Made by a program: the position numbers and the translations under genes. DNA of 64,000 bases. Source: a bacterium (GTDB taxonomy: Bacteria; UBA10199; 2-02-FULL-44-16; DYJF01). Shown here piece after piece: positions 8,711-18,393 of this stretch. Numbering within the stretch: the stretch's first letter is position 1; each line of letters starts with the position of its first letter. The notes under the pieces are model-generated. The model had not been told where the DNA came from, made no database searches, and saw only the letters and a list, made by a program, of their open reading frames with translations. The stretch covers positions 11,592 through 75,591 of the forward strand of contig JBGSNL010000069.1 in NCBI GenBank assembly GCA_041739675.1, in the 5' to 3' direction.

Positions 8711-9343
8711 TTATGCTCCGAAGTTCTTTTTGAACTGCTGAAAATTGTGAAGAACCTTCTGAACGTACTTGCGTGTTTCCGGATAGGGCGGAACTGAACC
8801 GAAACGCTTCACTGCTCCAGGGCCGGCGTTGTACGACGCGATTGCGAGCGTCAAGTTACCGCGGAACTGATCCAGGAGCGAACGGATATATTTCGTGCCT
8901 GCGCGGATATTCTCATGGGGGTCGCTGAGATTGTAAACTTTGAGCTCATGCGCTGTGGCCGGCATAACCTGCATCAAACCGCGCGCTCCAACCGGTGAAA
9001 CGGCATTGGGCCTGAAATCCGACTCGGCCTTGATGACCGCCGCGACGAGCGCCGCGGGAACGTTATATTCCTTCGCCAGCGATACGATCGAAGCCTGATA
9101 TTTCACAAAACCGGTCTGTTCCTTCTTGATCAGCTCAATGAGTCCGAAAAAGCGCGGCGCAAAGAGGACATAAACAAAGAAGATTGCCGCGAGGGTGAAT
9201 ATCTTGTTGCGCTTGCGTGGCAGATAAATGATCTCGGTCACGAAGTCGTGCTCGGACCTGTTGCTGTTGCGCTTTGAAGTCTGAGCTATTTCTCTCGACT
9301 CATCGGCACTCGGAAACGGTATTTTTAATGTTGGTTTCATCAT
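8711..9343 (-). CDS. lytic transglycosylase (SLT domain) with N-terminal membrane anchor
   Basis: AESDFRPNAVSPVGARGLMQVMPATA...AIASYNAGPGAV - catalytic E-S and AYNAG motifs of family-1 lytic transglycosylases. Confidence 0.8.
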   Translation of the reverse strand: MMKPTLKIPFPSADESREIAQTSKRNSNRSEHDFVTEIIYLPRKRNKIFTLAAIFFVYVLFAPRFFGLIELIKKEQTGFVKYQASIVSLAKEYNVPAALVAAVIKAESDFRPNAVSPVGARGLMQVMPATAHELKVYNLSDPHENIRAGTKYIRSLLDQFRGNLTLAIASYNAGPGAVKRFGSVPPYPETRKYVQKVLHNFQQFKKNFGA

Positions 9344-9512
9344 ACCCCTGCTATAAGAGCAAGATGCGGGCCAAGATATAACCCATTGTAATTATTGAAA
9401 TTATTGTTCTAGACCCCCGGTTTGGGACCAGGTTTGGGGGGCAGAAATGGGGTGTTCTTCCCCCATATTGCGTCCCTATAAATACACATATATAATGATG
9501 GGGAGAGATCAC

Positions 9513-10346
9513 ATGAACTTTAAACCTCTTAAAATTATTTGGGTTTTAGCTGTAGTCACGTTCCTCCTTGCCGGCTGTGCCAAGGACGTCATTACGGGTA
9601 AAACCACCCTTAACTATTATAAAGTCGAAAACGAGCCCAAGCTTGGCGAACAGGTCCTCGTCTATCAGGCCAAGGCCCTGAAAAATGAGAAAAAGGAGTT
9701 GGATCCCGAAAAGGACGCCAAGGAGCTCGAACGCCTCAAAAGAATTGTCAGAAATATCAGCGCCGTTTCCCACTATCCAAACTTTCCCTACGAGGTCCAC
9801 ATTGCCGACGTTGATATTGTGAACGCATGGTGCGCCCCCGGCGGAAAAATCATGGTATATGAAGGACTTTGGGATCCAAAAAAGGGTCTTGTGGAAAAAG
9901 ACAACGACGACGAGTTGGCCGCGGTTCTGGCGCACGAAATTGCGCACGCGAACGCGAGGCATGTGACCGAGACGATCAGCGCAAATATGACGATCATGAT
10001 GGTGGGCGCCGCGGTTTCCACCGCCATAGCGGCGGGCGGATATCAGGAGGGGAGCAACTTGTTCGGCGAGGTGTTTTCCCAGGGCATGAATCTTTATCTT
10101 CCGAGCTATTCCAGAAAAAACGAATTCGAGGCGGACCATATCGGTCTGGCGTACATGGCGATGGCCGGCTACGATCCGCGCGTGGCAGTCGAATTGTGGA
10201 AAAAGGCGGCGCAGAAGAAGAAGGATTTTTCGTCCATCTATGCGTCGCATCCTTCAAGCGGAGCCCGCGCAAAATATCTGGAAACTCTTTTGCCGAAAGT
10301 CATGCCGCTATATGAACAGGCTAAAAGAGAGGGTAAACCCAACTAA
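9513..10346 (+). CDS. M48-family zinc metallopeptidase lipoprotein (BepA/YcaL-like)
   Basis: Signal peptide + lipobox (LLAGCAK); HEIAHANARH (HExxH) and downstream EFEADHIGL motif typical of peptidase M48; ATG 9513 preceded by GGGGAGAG. Confidence 0.8.
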   Translation: MNFKPLKIIWVLAVVTFLLAGCAKDVITGKTTLNYYKVENEPKLGEQVLVYQAKALKNEKKELDPEKDAKELERLKRIVRNISAVSHYPNFPYEVHIADVDIVNAWCAPGGKIMVYEGLWDPKKGLVEKDNDDELAAVLAHEIAHANARHVTETISANMTIMMVGAAVSTAIAAGGYQEGSNLFGEVFSQGMNLYLPSYSRKNEFEADHIGLAYMAMAGYDPRVAVELWKKAAQKKKDFSSIYASHPSSGARAKYLETLLPKVMPLYEQAKREGKPN

Positions 10347-13300
10347 GTTCTTTTCTTCCTTCTATTTCTGATTTTGGAAACGGAGTTAGATACCATTACA
10401 TATCCGGACTCCCCGTATCTCCTCACAAGTTTTGGGATGAATGAGAACTTCTCCTTCAGCTGCCCCACCCAGCGCGGTATCCACACAGTCTGAGCGTCGT
10501 CAAAAATGGAATAGAAAACCGGCGTCAAAAGCAGCGTGACCAGAAGGCACAAAGATTGCCCGCCGATGATCACGACCGCCATCGGAGAGCGTGAGGAAGA
10601 TCCAGGGCCCCTCGACAGAGCGACGGGAATCATGCTCGCGATGAGCACGAACGTTGTCATTAGGATGGGACGGAGCCTCGTCCGTGAAGCCTCCACGAGA
10701 GCGACGTCTCTTGGCTCTCCGCGCGATCGCAGCGTGTTGGTGTAGTCGACTTGAAGAATGGCATTTTTCTTAACGATGCCGATGAGAAGGAAGAGGCCCA
10801 GAATCGATATGATGTGGAGCGTTTGATGCGTGATCAGAAGCGAAAATATCGCAAACGGAAAAGCGAGCGGCAGAGAAGCGAGAATCGTCACCGGATGCAG
10901 CCAGCTTTCAAAGAGCGAAGCCAGAATCATGTACATAAAAATGACCGAGAGCAAGAACGCCATCGTGAAGCTTGATTGCATCTCCGCCATATACTTGGAA
11001 TGGCCCACGAACTGGAATTCGTAACCGGGCTCGACGTTCATCTTCTTTGCCTCGTCCAGCACAAATTGCTTCGCTTCGCTCTGGGCCATATTTTCAAGAT
11101 TGGCGTCGATCTCTATGGAACGCTGGCGTTGGTAGCGGTCGATCTGGGAAGGGCCGGTCGTCTCCTCGAATGTCGCTATCGAATCCAGGCGAACGAGTCC
11201 TGTGGGCATGTGTTCTTTACTGGATGGGATCGGAAGCTGGAAGAGATCTGTGGGCCGGCTCCTGAACTTGTCTTGCAGGCGGATGCGTACCTCGTAGAGT
11301 TCGTCTGCCACCTTATATTTGGTGATGTCCAGTTCCCCGGAGACCAAAAGCTGCATCGTGCGGGCGATATCGTCAGCCGTCACGCCGAGGTCCGCCGCAC
11401 GTTGTCTGTCGATATTAATGCGCACCTCAGGCTTGCCGAAGACGAGCGACGTATCAACGTCGACAAAACCCTTTTGCTTTCTCATGGCGGCGGTAAGCTG
11501 ATCGGCATACAGTTTGAGCTTGTCTAGATCCGGGCCGGTGAGGCGTGACTGGAATTCCGCTTCGCCGCCGCCGGCGCCGCCCGTGAACTGCACGCTGGTG
11601 CGCAACGTCGGATAATCCTTGAGCATCATGCGCGCATCGTTCATGACGTCGACCTGGGAATAACTTCTTTTTTTGAGGTCGCTTATCTTGACGAAAATGT
11701 CGCCTTCATTGACCTTCTGGTTGTCGCCGCCGCCGATAGAAGTGAGCAGATGCTCTACCCCTCTGATTTTTCGAAGGCCCGATTCAATGCCATATGCGAT
11801 TTTGTCCATCTCGGCGATCGACGTCCCCTCCGGAGCCTTTACGTGGATGTTGAACTCGCTCCTGTCGTCTTTCGGTATGAAGTCTTTGCCGACGAGAAAC
11901 AGCGACGGTATGGAGCTCAGCATTATTACGATCGCCGCTATTACCGCCGTTTTGCGGTGGACAAGAACCCATTTGAGCATCCGCGTGTAATATTTGTCGA
12001 CATAGCGGTTGATGAGCGTGTCGCGCGATGTCTTCTCAACATGCGGTTTGATCTTGAGGAAACGCGAGCACATCATGGGAGTGAGGACGAACGCAACGAC
12101 CAGGGAGACGCCGATTGTGAACGCCATCGTCAGGCCGAAGCTGAACATGAACCGGCCGATGACGCCGTACATGAAAGCCAGAGGCACGAAGATGACCATG
12201 AGCGACAGCGTTGTGGAGACGACGGCGAGCGCTATTTCGTCGAGCCCCTTTGAGGCGGCAGAGAAGGGCTGCTCCTTCTTTTCTTCCAGATGGCGAAATA
12301 TGTTTTCAAAGACGATGATCGCGTCATCGATCACGATGCCGTTGGCAAGCGACAAGGCGAGAAGCGTCAGGTTGTTGAGCGTGAAACCCAGCATCTTCAT
12401 CAAGGTGAAGGTTGAGATGAGAGACACGGGAATAGACACGGCGCAGATTATCATGCCTCGGAAGTTTCTTATGAAGAGAAGCACCGTGAGCGACACCAGA
12501 ATGGCGCCGAGGATCAGGTCCTCCTCAAGCGAGTGGACGGCAGCCATTATGAAGATCGATTGATCCTGAACGATTTCCGCCTTTACGCCTGGAGGAAGCG
12601 TTTGCCTTATTTCGGAGAGCTTTTTGGCCACCGCCCTGGCGACGTCTACGGTGTTGGCATCAGATTGCTTTCTTATGGAAATGTTGATTGCGGATATGTC
12701 ATCGAAGCGCGAGAAGCTGCGCATCACTTCGTCCACATCCTCGACATCCGCCACGTCGCGGATGAGCACCGGCGTGTTGCCGAACGTGTCGACCGGGATC
12801 GCCCCGAAATCCTTAGAGTCGACGATCTTTCCCATCGTGCGGACCACTATTTCGCGCGGCTCTTCGGTCAGATAGCCGCCGGGAAGCTCGATGTTCTGCT
12901 TTTGAAGGGCGGTCTGTATGTCGAAGATGGACAGCCCGTATCCGGCCAGCTTTGCCGGATCGATCCGTATGTGAATCTCACGCTCGCGCGCCCCGATCAT
13001 CCTGATATCGCCGACGCCGTCGACCGTCTCTAAAATCTCCTTCACGCGTTTGCGCGTGATCTTTGTCAGATCGCGCATGGGCATGTTGGCGCTGACCACG
13101 ATCTGCACGATGGGGCTGCCGGAGAAATCGAATTTTTCGATGACGGGCTGCTTCGTTCCCTCAGGCAGATCGTTGATGACCCGGTTCACGCGGTCTCTCA
13201 CGTCCTGCGCGGCAATGTCGGAGTTCTTGTCCAGCACGAACTGCGCCCAGATGATCGAGCGTCCTTCGAAGGAAAACGACTGCAGCTCGTCCAACCCGGA

Positions 13301-13522
13301 GATCGTGTTGATCGATTCCTCAAGTTTTTTTGTGACCTCGGTTTCGATCTCCTCCGGAGAGGCGCCTAAAAGATCGGTTCTCACCGAAACGATCGGAAAA
13401 TCGATTTTGGGGAAAAGGTCGACGCCCAATCTCAAGAAAGAAAAAAAGCCCAGAACCACCATGGCCATGATGATCATGGTGGCAAATATCGGGCGCCTGA
13501 TGAATGTATCTACTGATTTCAT
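10343..13522 (-). CDS. RND (AcrB/HAE1-type) efflux transporter inner-membrane pump
   Basis: 1059 aa, 12-TM RND architecture, N-terminus MKSVDTFIRRPIFATMIIMAMVVLG and conserved ..FLAGYYV../..ILLLALIPLALGTGAGAE.. like blocks. Confidence 0.9.
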   Translation of the reverse strand: MKSVDTFIRRPIFATMIIMAMVVLGFFSFLRLGVDLFPKIDFPIVSVRTDLLGASPEEIETEVTKKLEESINTISGLDELQSFSFEGRSIIWAQFVLDKNSDIAAQDVRDRVNRVINDLPEGTKQPVIEKFDFSGSPIVQIVVSANMPMRDLTKITRKRVKEILETVDGVGDIRMIGAREREIHIRIDPAKLAGYGLSIFDIQTALQKQNIELPGGYLTEEPREIVVRTMGKIVDSKDFGAIPVDTFGNTPVLIRDVADVEDVDEVMRSFSRFDDISAINISIRKQSDANTVDVARAVAKKLSEIRQTLPPGVKAEIVQDQSIFIMAAVHSLEEDLILGAILVSLTVLLFIRNFRGMIICAVSIPVSLISTFTLMKMLGFTLNNLTLLALSLANGIVIDDAIIVFENIFRHLEEKKEQPFSAASKGLDEIALAVVSTTLSLMVIFVPLAFMYGVIGRFMFSFGLTMAFTIGVSLVVAFVLTPMMCSRFLKIKPHVEKTSRDTLINRYVDKYYTRMLKWVLVHRKTAVIAAIVIMLSSIPSLFLVGKDFIPKDDRSEFNIHVKAPEGTSIAEMDKIAYGIESGLRKIRGVEHLLTSIGGGDNQKVNEGDIFVKISDLKKRSYSQVDVMNDARMMLKDYPTLRTSVQFTGGAGGGEAEFQSRLTGPDLDKLKLYADQLTAAMRKQKGFVDVDTSLVFGKPEVRINIDRQRAADLGVTADDIARTMQLLVSGELDITKYKVADELYEVRIRLQDKFRSRPTDLFQLPIPSSKEHMPTGLVRLDSIATFEETTGPSQIDRYQRQRSIEIDANLENMAQSEAKQFVLDEAKKMNVEPGYEFQFVGHSKYMAEMQSSFTMAFLLSVIFMYMILASLFESWLHPVTILASLPLAFPFAIFSLLITHQTLHIISILGLFLLIGIVKKNAILQVDYTNTLRSRGEPRDVALVEASRTRLRPILMTTFVLIASMIPVALSRGPGSSSRSPMAVVIIGGQSLCLLVTLLLTPVFYSIFDDAQTVWIPRWVGQLKEKFSFIPKLVRRYGESGYVMVSNSVSKIRNRRKKRT

Positions 13523-14397
13523 TTTTTCACTATGACGGCCTCGCCGTCTTTCAGATCAATTAGACTGCCGACGGCCAGAGTGTCGTTTTCGGCGGTGCCT
13601 TCCGCTACCTCGACGTGCGTGTCGTTGCGCATGCCTATTTTTATCTCGGCGCGGTGCACTTTGTCGTCTGCAACCTTATAGACGAACTGTTTTTCCCCTT
13701 CCCACGATACAGCATTGAACGGCACGATGAGCACGCCGTCTTTCCGTTCGACTACCAGATTCAGCCTGCCGAACATACCGTGGCGGAGGCGCCCGTCGGT
13801 GTTGGGAATTTCGACTTCGACATTTGCCGTCCTTGTCTTCTCGTTGACGACGGGGCTTGAGGTTATGATCGTTCCCGTGTAGCCGTCGCCGTCAAGGGAA
13901 TCCACCTTCATCGTCACTTCCGTTCCCGGGAGTATCACGCCTAGATAGCGCTCGGGAATATCGAGCTTCACGCGCATAACGCCCGGCCGCACTACTACGG
14001 CCACGGGTTGTTCCGAGAACACCGTGCGGTCATACACAAAGGTTCCCACGTCGACCAATATGGAACCCACATAACCGTCGATGGGAGAGTCGACGACCAT
14101 CGGTTTGAATGTGTAGCCGATGTCGTCACGGTCGATGAGCATGATCCCCTGGCCCTTCTTAACCGGATCGCCTTCCTTCAAGAGTTTTTTGGTAACGCGT
14201 CCGTTGCCGCGCGGGAAGACGTTCACAGTATCTTTGGCCACGATGTTGCCCGTGAACAGGACCTTTTGTTCGATTGTGCCTCTTTCCACCTTCGCCGTTT
14301 CTATCTCCTGCGGTGCGGTTACGACCTTGCCCTTCCCGCAGGATATTGCTGCGAGCGCAACGAGCAGCGGCAATATTCCCAATTTTTGAATTTTCAC
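13519..14397 (-). CDS. RND efflux periplasmic adaptor (membrane fusion protein, HlyD family)
   Basis: Lipoprotein-like N-terminus (AAISCGKG), beta-barrel/lipoyl/alpha-hairpin MFP pattern; overlaps RND start by 4 nt (operon). Confidence 0.85.
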   Translation of the reverse strand: MKIQKLGILPLLVALAAISCGKGKVVTAPQEIETAKVERGTIEQKVLFTGNIVAKDTVNVFPRGNGRVTKKLLKEGDPVKKGQGIMLIDRDDIGYTFKPMVVDSPIDGYVGSILVDVGTFVYDRTVFSEQPVAVVVRPGVMRVKLDIPERYLGVILPGTEVTMKVDSLDGDGYTGTIITSSPVVNEKTRTANVEVEIPNTDGRLRHGMFGRLNLVVERKDGVLIVPFNAVSWEGEKQFVYKVADDKVHRAEIKIGMRNDTHVEVAEGTAENDTLAVGSLIDLKDGEAVIVKK

Positions 14398-15710
14398 ATC
14401 GCACCTCCTATAGCCTTTTCAAGCACCGCCTCGGCGGCAAGGCATTCGTACAAAGCCTGCAAGTAAAGTTGCTCCGCCTGCGCCTGCGAATTGATCGTAT
14501 CGTTGAGTTCAAGCTGGCTCATGAGTCCGGCCCCAAATCGTTCGCTTGCGATGGCCGTCGCTTTTTTCGCCAGATTGAAAGAGCCGAGCTGTGTCCTGTA
14601 AGCGGCCTGCGCTTTGTCCAGCGATATGACGGCGTCCTCCACCTCGCGCACGATGGAATCTTCGAGCTGGGAATTCGTGACGCGCTGCTGGAGAAGTTTA
14701 GCCTTCGCCTGCTCCACGCGCGATTTGGTCTTGAGCCCGTCGAAGATGGGCCACGACATCTGGATCATGCTGTACAAATTGTCAGCTGTTTCGTTGCCCG
14801 AAAGACTCCAGTTGTCGGTCAGTCCCTGCCACTGATATGTCGTGTTGAACGTGAACTGCGGCCAGTAACCTGATTTTTCCGCGCCGACGCCGTGCTCCAG
14901 CGATTTCTCGCGGAGCCTTTGCGCGTTGAGATCGGGTCTTGTGGCCCTTGCTTTTTCGATCATCGCCTTCGCATCGGGGAGTTGTTTCGGCTCGAAGGCC
15001 AGAGAACCCGAGACCTCGATCGGCTCCTGCGGATCGACCGCCATCAGAACCTTGAGTCCGTTGAGTAATAGCTCGTGCACGCGCTGCGCCTCCAGAAGTT
15101 GCGGTTCGACGTTCGTGACCTCAACCTGCTGGCGCATCAGCGTGTAATCGCTGTCCAGACCCTTTCCGAATCTCGTCTGGATCGCCCTCAAATGTTCTTT
15201 GAGCTGGGCAAGCTGCATCTTCAGCACTTCGATCACCTTTTCGGTGTAGATGATCTGGTAGAAAGTTTGTTTTACGGCGAGGCGAATCTGTGCCTCGACG
15301 TCCTTGATGTTCCATACGGCGCTCTGGCGCTCCGTCTTTGCCGCCTTGATGGCCTTCAAAACTTTGCCGCCGTCCCAGAGGAGCTGATTCACTTCGGCAC
15401 CGGCCAGGTATGTGTTATCTGAGCCGACATTGAAGACCTGGTTGTTGATGAACATCTTCGGCTTGCGCCACGTGCGTTCGTATGATGCGGTGCCGGTCAG
15501 CTGGGGCAGGCCCATCGCACGGGCTTCTCCTATCAGCCCCTCAACTTCCGCAAGACGCTCTTTTGCGGCCGCGATGTCGCGGTTGGCGGTCTGCGCCCGC
15601 TCGAGCGCCTCGTTCAGCGTGACTTTCCGAACCTGGGCGTCCGCGCAAACCGGTGCCAAAGTTATAGAAACGACTGAAGCGATTCCCAGAATGTAACGAA
15701 AAAGGATCAT
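14394..15710 (-). CDS. TolC-like outer membrane efflux protein
   Basis: Signal peptide (ITLAPVCADA), two repeats of coiled-coil/beta OEP pattern; first gene of TolC-MFP-RND operon. Confidence 0.85.
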   Translation of the reverse strand: MILFRYILGIASVVSITLAPVCADAQVRKVTLNEALERAQTANRDIAAAKERLAEVEGLIGEARAMGLPQLTGTASYERTWRKPKMFINNQVFNVGSDNTYLAGAEVNQLLWDGGKVLKAIKAAKTERQSAVWNIKDVEAQIRLAVKQTFYQIIYTEKVIEVLKMQLAQLKEHLRAIQTRFGKGLDSDYTLMRQQVEVTNVEPQLLEAQRVHELLLNGLKVLMAVDPQEPIEVSGSLAFEPKQLPDAKAMIEKARATRPDLNAQRLREKSLEHGVGAEKSGYWPQFTFNTTYQWQGLTDNWSLSGNETADNLYSMIQMSWPIFDGLKTKSRVEQAKAKLLQQRVTNSQLEDSIVREVEDAVISLDKAQAAYRTQLGSFNLAKKATAIASERFGAGLMSQLELNDTINSQAQAEQLYLQALYECLAAEAVLEKAIGGAM

Positions 15711-15741
15711 GATAAATGGAACTCACCATTTATCATGATCC
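15704..15741 (-). terminator. perfect 16-bp inverted repeat + U-tract (intrinsic terminator/attenuator) enclosing the tolC start codon
   Basis: GGATCATGATAAATGG-aactca-CCATTTATCATGATCC; on minus-strand RNA the hairpin is followed by UUUUUCG; tolC ATG (15708-15710) lies inside one arm. Confidence 0.5.
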
Positions 15742-15771
15742 GAGGGTGTGTCAAGAAAAGGGTATCCGCAA

Positions 15772-17160
15772 TTATTCCGGCAACTTATGATGCACCGGGG
15801 CTGTTTTGATATTCTGGTCGACGATCTTTTTGTTGCCCTGGATGCCCAGCTTTTTGAACATCATGTCGAACGTTTTTGCCAGTTCGCTCGTCAGAGCGGT
15901 CTTGGTATTGTCAGTGAGCGACCAGATCTCTTTTTTGAAGGGTCCGAAACCTTTTTTGCGAGTCTTGTAATAGAACTGCTCTTCGGTCTGATCCGGTGTC
16001 TTCTCTTTTGCGCATTCCTGCTTCAGCCACTTGTAGATATTTTCGCGAAGCGTCTTCGGGAAAGCGGTGCTGTCATAGAAGATGTTCTGGAATGCCGTGG
16101 CCAGATGCACTTCCAACGTCTGCCTTTTCGGGAAATTGTCGAACGCGCTGTCAGGAAGTGTCGATGCGCCGTGCTGAACCACGCCGCCAAGTCCGAACTG
16201 ATCGCGCGCGACCTTTCCAAGTTCCTCTAACGTGTCGAAGTCGAGTTTTACCTTCGCGATCGAACCGTCTGCCAGCACCACGCCGCCGTGGGTCGTGCCC
16301 GTCTGGATTGATATCTTTGACAATCCCGACGGTGTCTTCTTGGTATTCAGACTCATGACGCCGTTGAAGCCTTCGACGAACGCGGCAAGCTCCTCGCCCG
16401 TGCTGTTCTTGCCTCCGACCTCTCCTATCTCGCCGCCGACCGAAACTGTGACGCCTTTCGGTTCGAGCGAGCGGATGTGTTTTGCCAGAACCGCCGCGGT
16501 CTCAAAATTCGCGCGCTGTTGATCGAAGACCGTCGGCTTTGAAAGATCCACCAGCGTGGACGTGTCGATGTCAATGTTGTAGAAGCCCGCTTCGACCGCC
16601 TCGGAAATGAGTTTTTTGAGCGTGTTCACTTCCGCGTCGGGATCTGCCGCGAATTTCTTGGCGTTGGCCTGGAAGTGGTCACCCTGGATGAAGACGGGTC
16701 CGTGCCAGCCCTCGCGGAGCGCGGCGGCCAGTATGCATGCGGCGTATTCGTCGGGCCGCTGTTTTGTGTAATCTATCTCCGACTTCGCGATTTCAAACAG
16801 ACACGTGCCGGAATTGATGCGCAAAAGCGTTTTGAAAATCGTGCGGGCGATGTCGTAGGTCATGCCGCGCAAGTTTATGGCGGGGACCGTCTGGTCCTTC
16901 CAGCCGTCTTTCGCGCGCGCGATGTAGAGATCATGAATCGAGGAAGAGGGGCACCCAAGAAGCTGCGAGCCTTCCCAGATCGCCCACTTGGCCGTCTTTT
17001 TCACGAGCTCTTCGCCCGAGAATACCGCGTTCCAGATGAGGCGGTCCACCGCTTCGTTTCTGAACCGCTTCTCGTCGGTTATTTTGAGCTCGCCCTGCGA
17101 GATCTCAAAAGATCCCTGGCAGGCCGTCTTCAACTGATCCACCGAATTCCACACTTCCAT
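15772..17160 (-). CDS. class II (metal-dependent) ketose-bisphosphate aldolase-like protein
   Basis: GDHFQ, VSVGGEIGEVGG, HGASTLPD blocks resemble class II FBA/tagatose-bisphosphate aldolase motifs; family assignment from memory only. Confidence 0.45.
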   Translation of the reverse strand: MEVWNSVDQLKTACQGSFEISQGELKITDEKRFRNEAVDRLIWNAVFSGEELVKKTAKWAIWEGSQLLGCPSSSIHDLYIARAKDGWKDQTVPAINLRGMTYDIARTIFKTLLRINSGTCLFEIAKSEIDYTKQRPDEYAACILAAALREGWHGPVFIQGDHFQANAKKFAADPDAEVNTLKKLISEAVEAGFYNIDIDTSTLVDLSKPTVFDQQRANFETAAVLAKHIRSLEPKGVTVSVGGEIGEVGGKNSTGEELAAFVEGFNGVMSLNTKKTPSGLSKISIQTGTTHGGVVLADGSIAKVKLDFDTLEELGKVARDQFGLGGVVQHGASTLPDSAFDNFPKRQTLEVHLATAFQNIFYDSTAFPKTLRENIYKWLKQECAKEKTPDQTEEQFYYKTRKKGFGPFKKEIWSLTDNTKTALTSELAKTFDMMFKKLGIQGNKKIVDQNIKTAPVHHKLPE

Positions 17161-17164
17161 AGTA

Positions 17165-17340
17165 AACCTCCTTGAATATAAATTCGAAATACTAAATCCG
17201 AAATACGAAATAAATTCAAAATTCGAAATTCAAATGACCGAAACGTTTAGGATTTAGAATTTTGGTCATTTGGATTTGTTTAGGATTTCGATATTCGAAT
17301 TTCGGATTTGTTTTCGGAACGCAGCTTCTCCTTCAATTTT
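17165..17340. repeat. palindromic MITE-like element built from GAAAT(C/T)CGAAAT units (copy 1)
   Basis: Left arm ..AAATCCGAAATACGAAAT..CAAATGACCGAAA and right arm TTTTGGTCATTTGGATTT..TCGAATTTCGGATTT are reverse complements; second copy at 22040-22195 shares TTTTGGTCATTTGGATTT core. Confidence 0.6.
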
Positions 17341-17816
17341 TCTTCCACAATCGGATGAATCATTTTGAAGCCGCTCCCTCCGAAGGTGATGACTTCCTTT
17401 ATTATAGAGGAGCTCAAATGCGCGTACTGACCTTCAGTCATCATATATATAAACTCGAGATTGGGGTCGAGGGTCTTGTTTGCCAGCACAAGCTGCGATT
17501 CGTATTCGTAATCGCTCATGTTCCTGATGCCGCGGAGGATAGTGCTGACACCCCGTTTTTTCGCGTATTCAACGAGCAACCCTTCAAACGAATCAACCTC
17601 TACATGCTTGGAATCCTTATAGATTTCCTTCAGCATCTCCAGCCTTTCCTGGGCCGTGAAGATGGGATTTTTCGTCACATTTATAGCCACCGCGACTATG
17701 AGCTTGTCGAATATCTTGAGGCCTCGCTCGATGATGTTCAAATGCCCGTTGGTTATGGGATCGAAACTTCCGGGGCAGATGGCTATTTTGCACATGACGG
17801 GCGCGATTTTGACCAT
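17280..17816 (-). CDS. coaD: phosphopantetheine adenylyltransferase
   Basis: ICPGSFDPITNGHLNII (T/HxGH nucleotidyltransferase motif), ..RGLR.. , ISSS motif; last ~19 codons are encoded inside the palindromic repeat. Confidence 0.85.
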   Translation of the reverse strand: MVKIAPVMCKIAICPGSFDPITNGHLNIIERGLKIFDKLIVAVAINVTKNPIFTAQERLEMLKEIYKDSKHVEVDSFEGLLVEYAKKRGVSTILRGIRNMSDYEYESQLVLANKTLDPNLEFIYMMTEGQYAHLSSSIIKEVITFGGSGFKMIHPIVEEKLKEKLRSENKSEIRISKS

Positions 17817-17841
17817 ATTTGAAGCTTCCGGTCAAGGCCCA

Positions 17842-18393
17842 CTATTTGTGGACAGACCCGAGAAAAGTGATGAGCGTCTGGCCGTATTTCCGGCTGTCGG
17901 TGATTTTGAGCCCCTTTATTTCCATGATCAGCTCTTTTGGATGGTGCTCTACTATAATGATGGAAGATGGGTGGATGATGGAGCTCTGTGAAAGGGCCTC
18001 GAGCGTGGCTTTGACCAGATTCTTGAGATATGGGGGGTCCACAAAGATGATGTCGAAGCTGGCGTTTTTCTTTTCCAGTTTTCTGATGGCCGCGCTCACC
18101 GGGGATTTTACGATACTTGCGCGGTCTTCAAACCCGCAAAGTTTAAGGTTCTTCCTCACAAGGACCACCGCGGGAACGAAATCGTCTACGAAGGTTGCGT
18201 GAGAGGCCCCTCTGGAAAGGGCCTCGATACCCATCGAGCCGGTCCCGGCAAAGAGATCCAGCACGCTCTTGCCTTCCACGTCGAAGAGTATGTCGAAGAC
18301 GGATTCTTTGACCTTATCGAGCGCAGGTCTGATCTTGTCCGATTTGGGAGCGAGTAAACGCCGGCCTTTTGCGGAGCCCGTGATGACTCTCAT
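17842..18393 (-). CDS. rsmD: 16S rRNA (guanine966-N2)-methyltransferase RsmD
   Basis: MRVITGSAKGRRL..P....RP..D.V.ES.F..L.....VLDLFAGTGSMGIEALSRGA..FVD..; conserved rsmD-coaD gene pair. Confidence 0.85.
   Translation of the reverse strand: MRVITGSAKGRRLLAPKSDKIRPALDKVKESVFDILFDVEGKSVLDLFAGTGSMGIEALSRGASHATFVDDFVPAVVLVRKNLKLCGFEDRASIVKSPVSAAIRKLEKKNASFDIIFVDPPYLKNLVKATLEALSQSSIIHPSSIIIVEHHPKELIMEIKGLKITDSRKYGQTLITFLGSVHK

Noticed and set aside
10976-12563. Several 160-185-aa plus-strand ORFs (10976-11527, 11750-12253, 12009-12563, 12533-13033) over the RND pump gene
   Set aside because: They are antisense to, or alternative frames of, a confidently identified 1059-aa AcrB-family gene. Their composition is Arg/His-rich nonsense.
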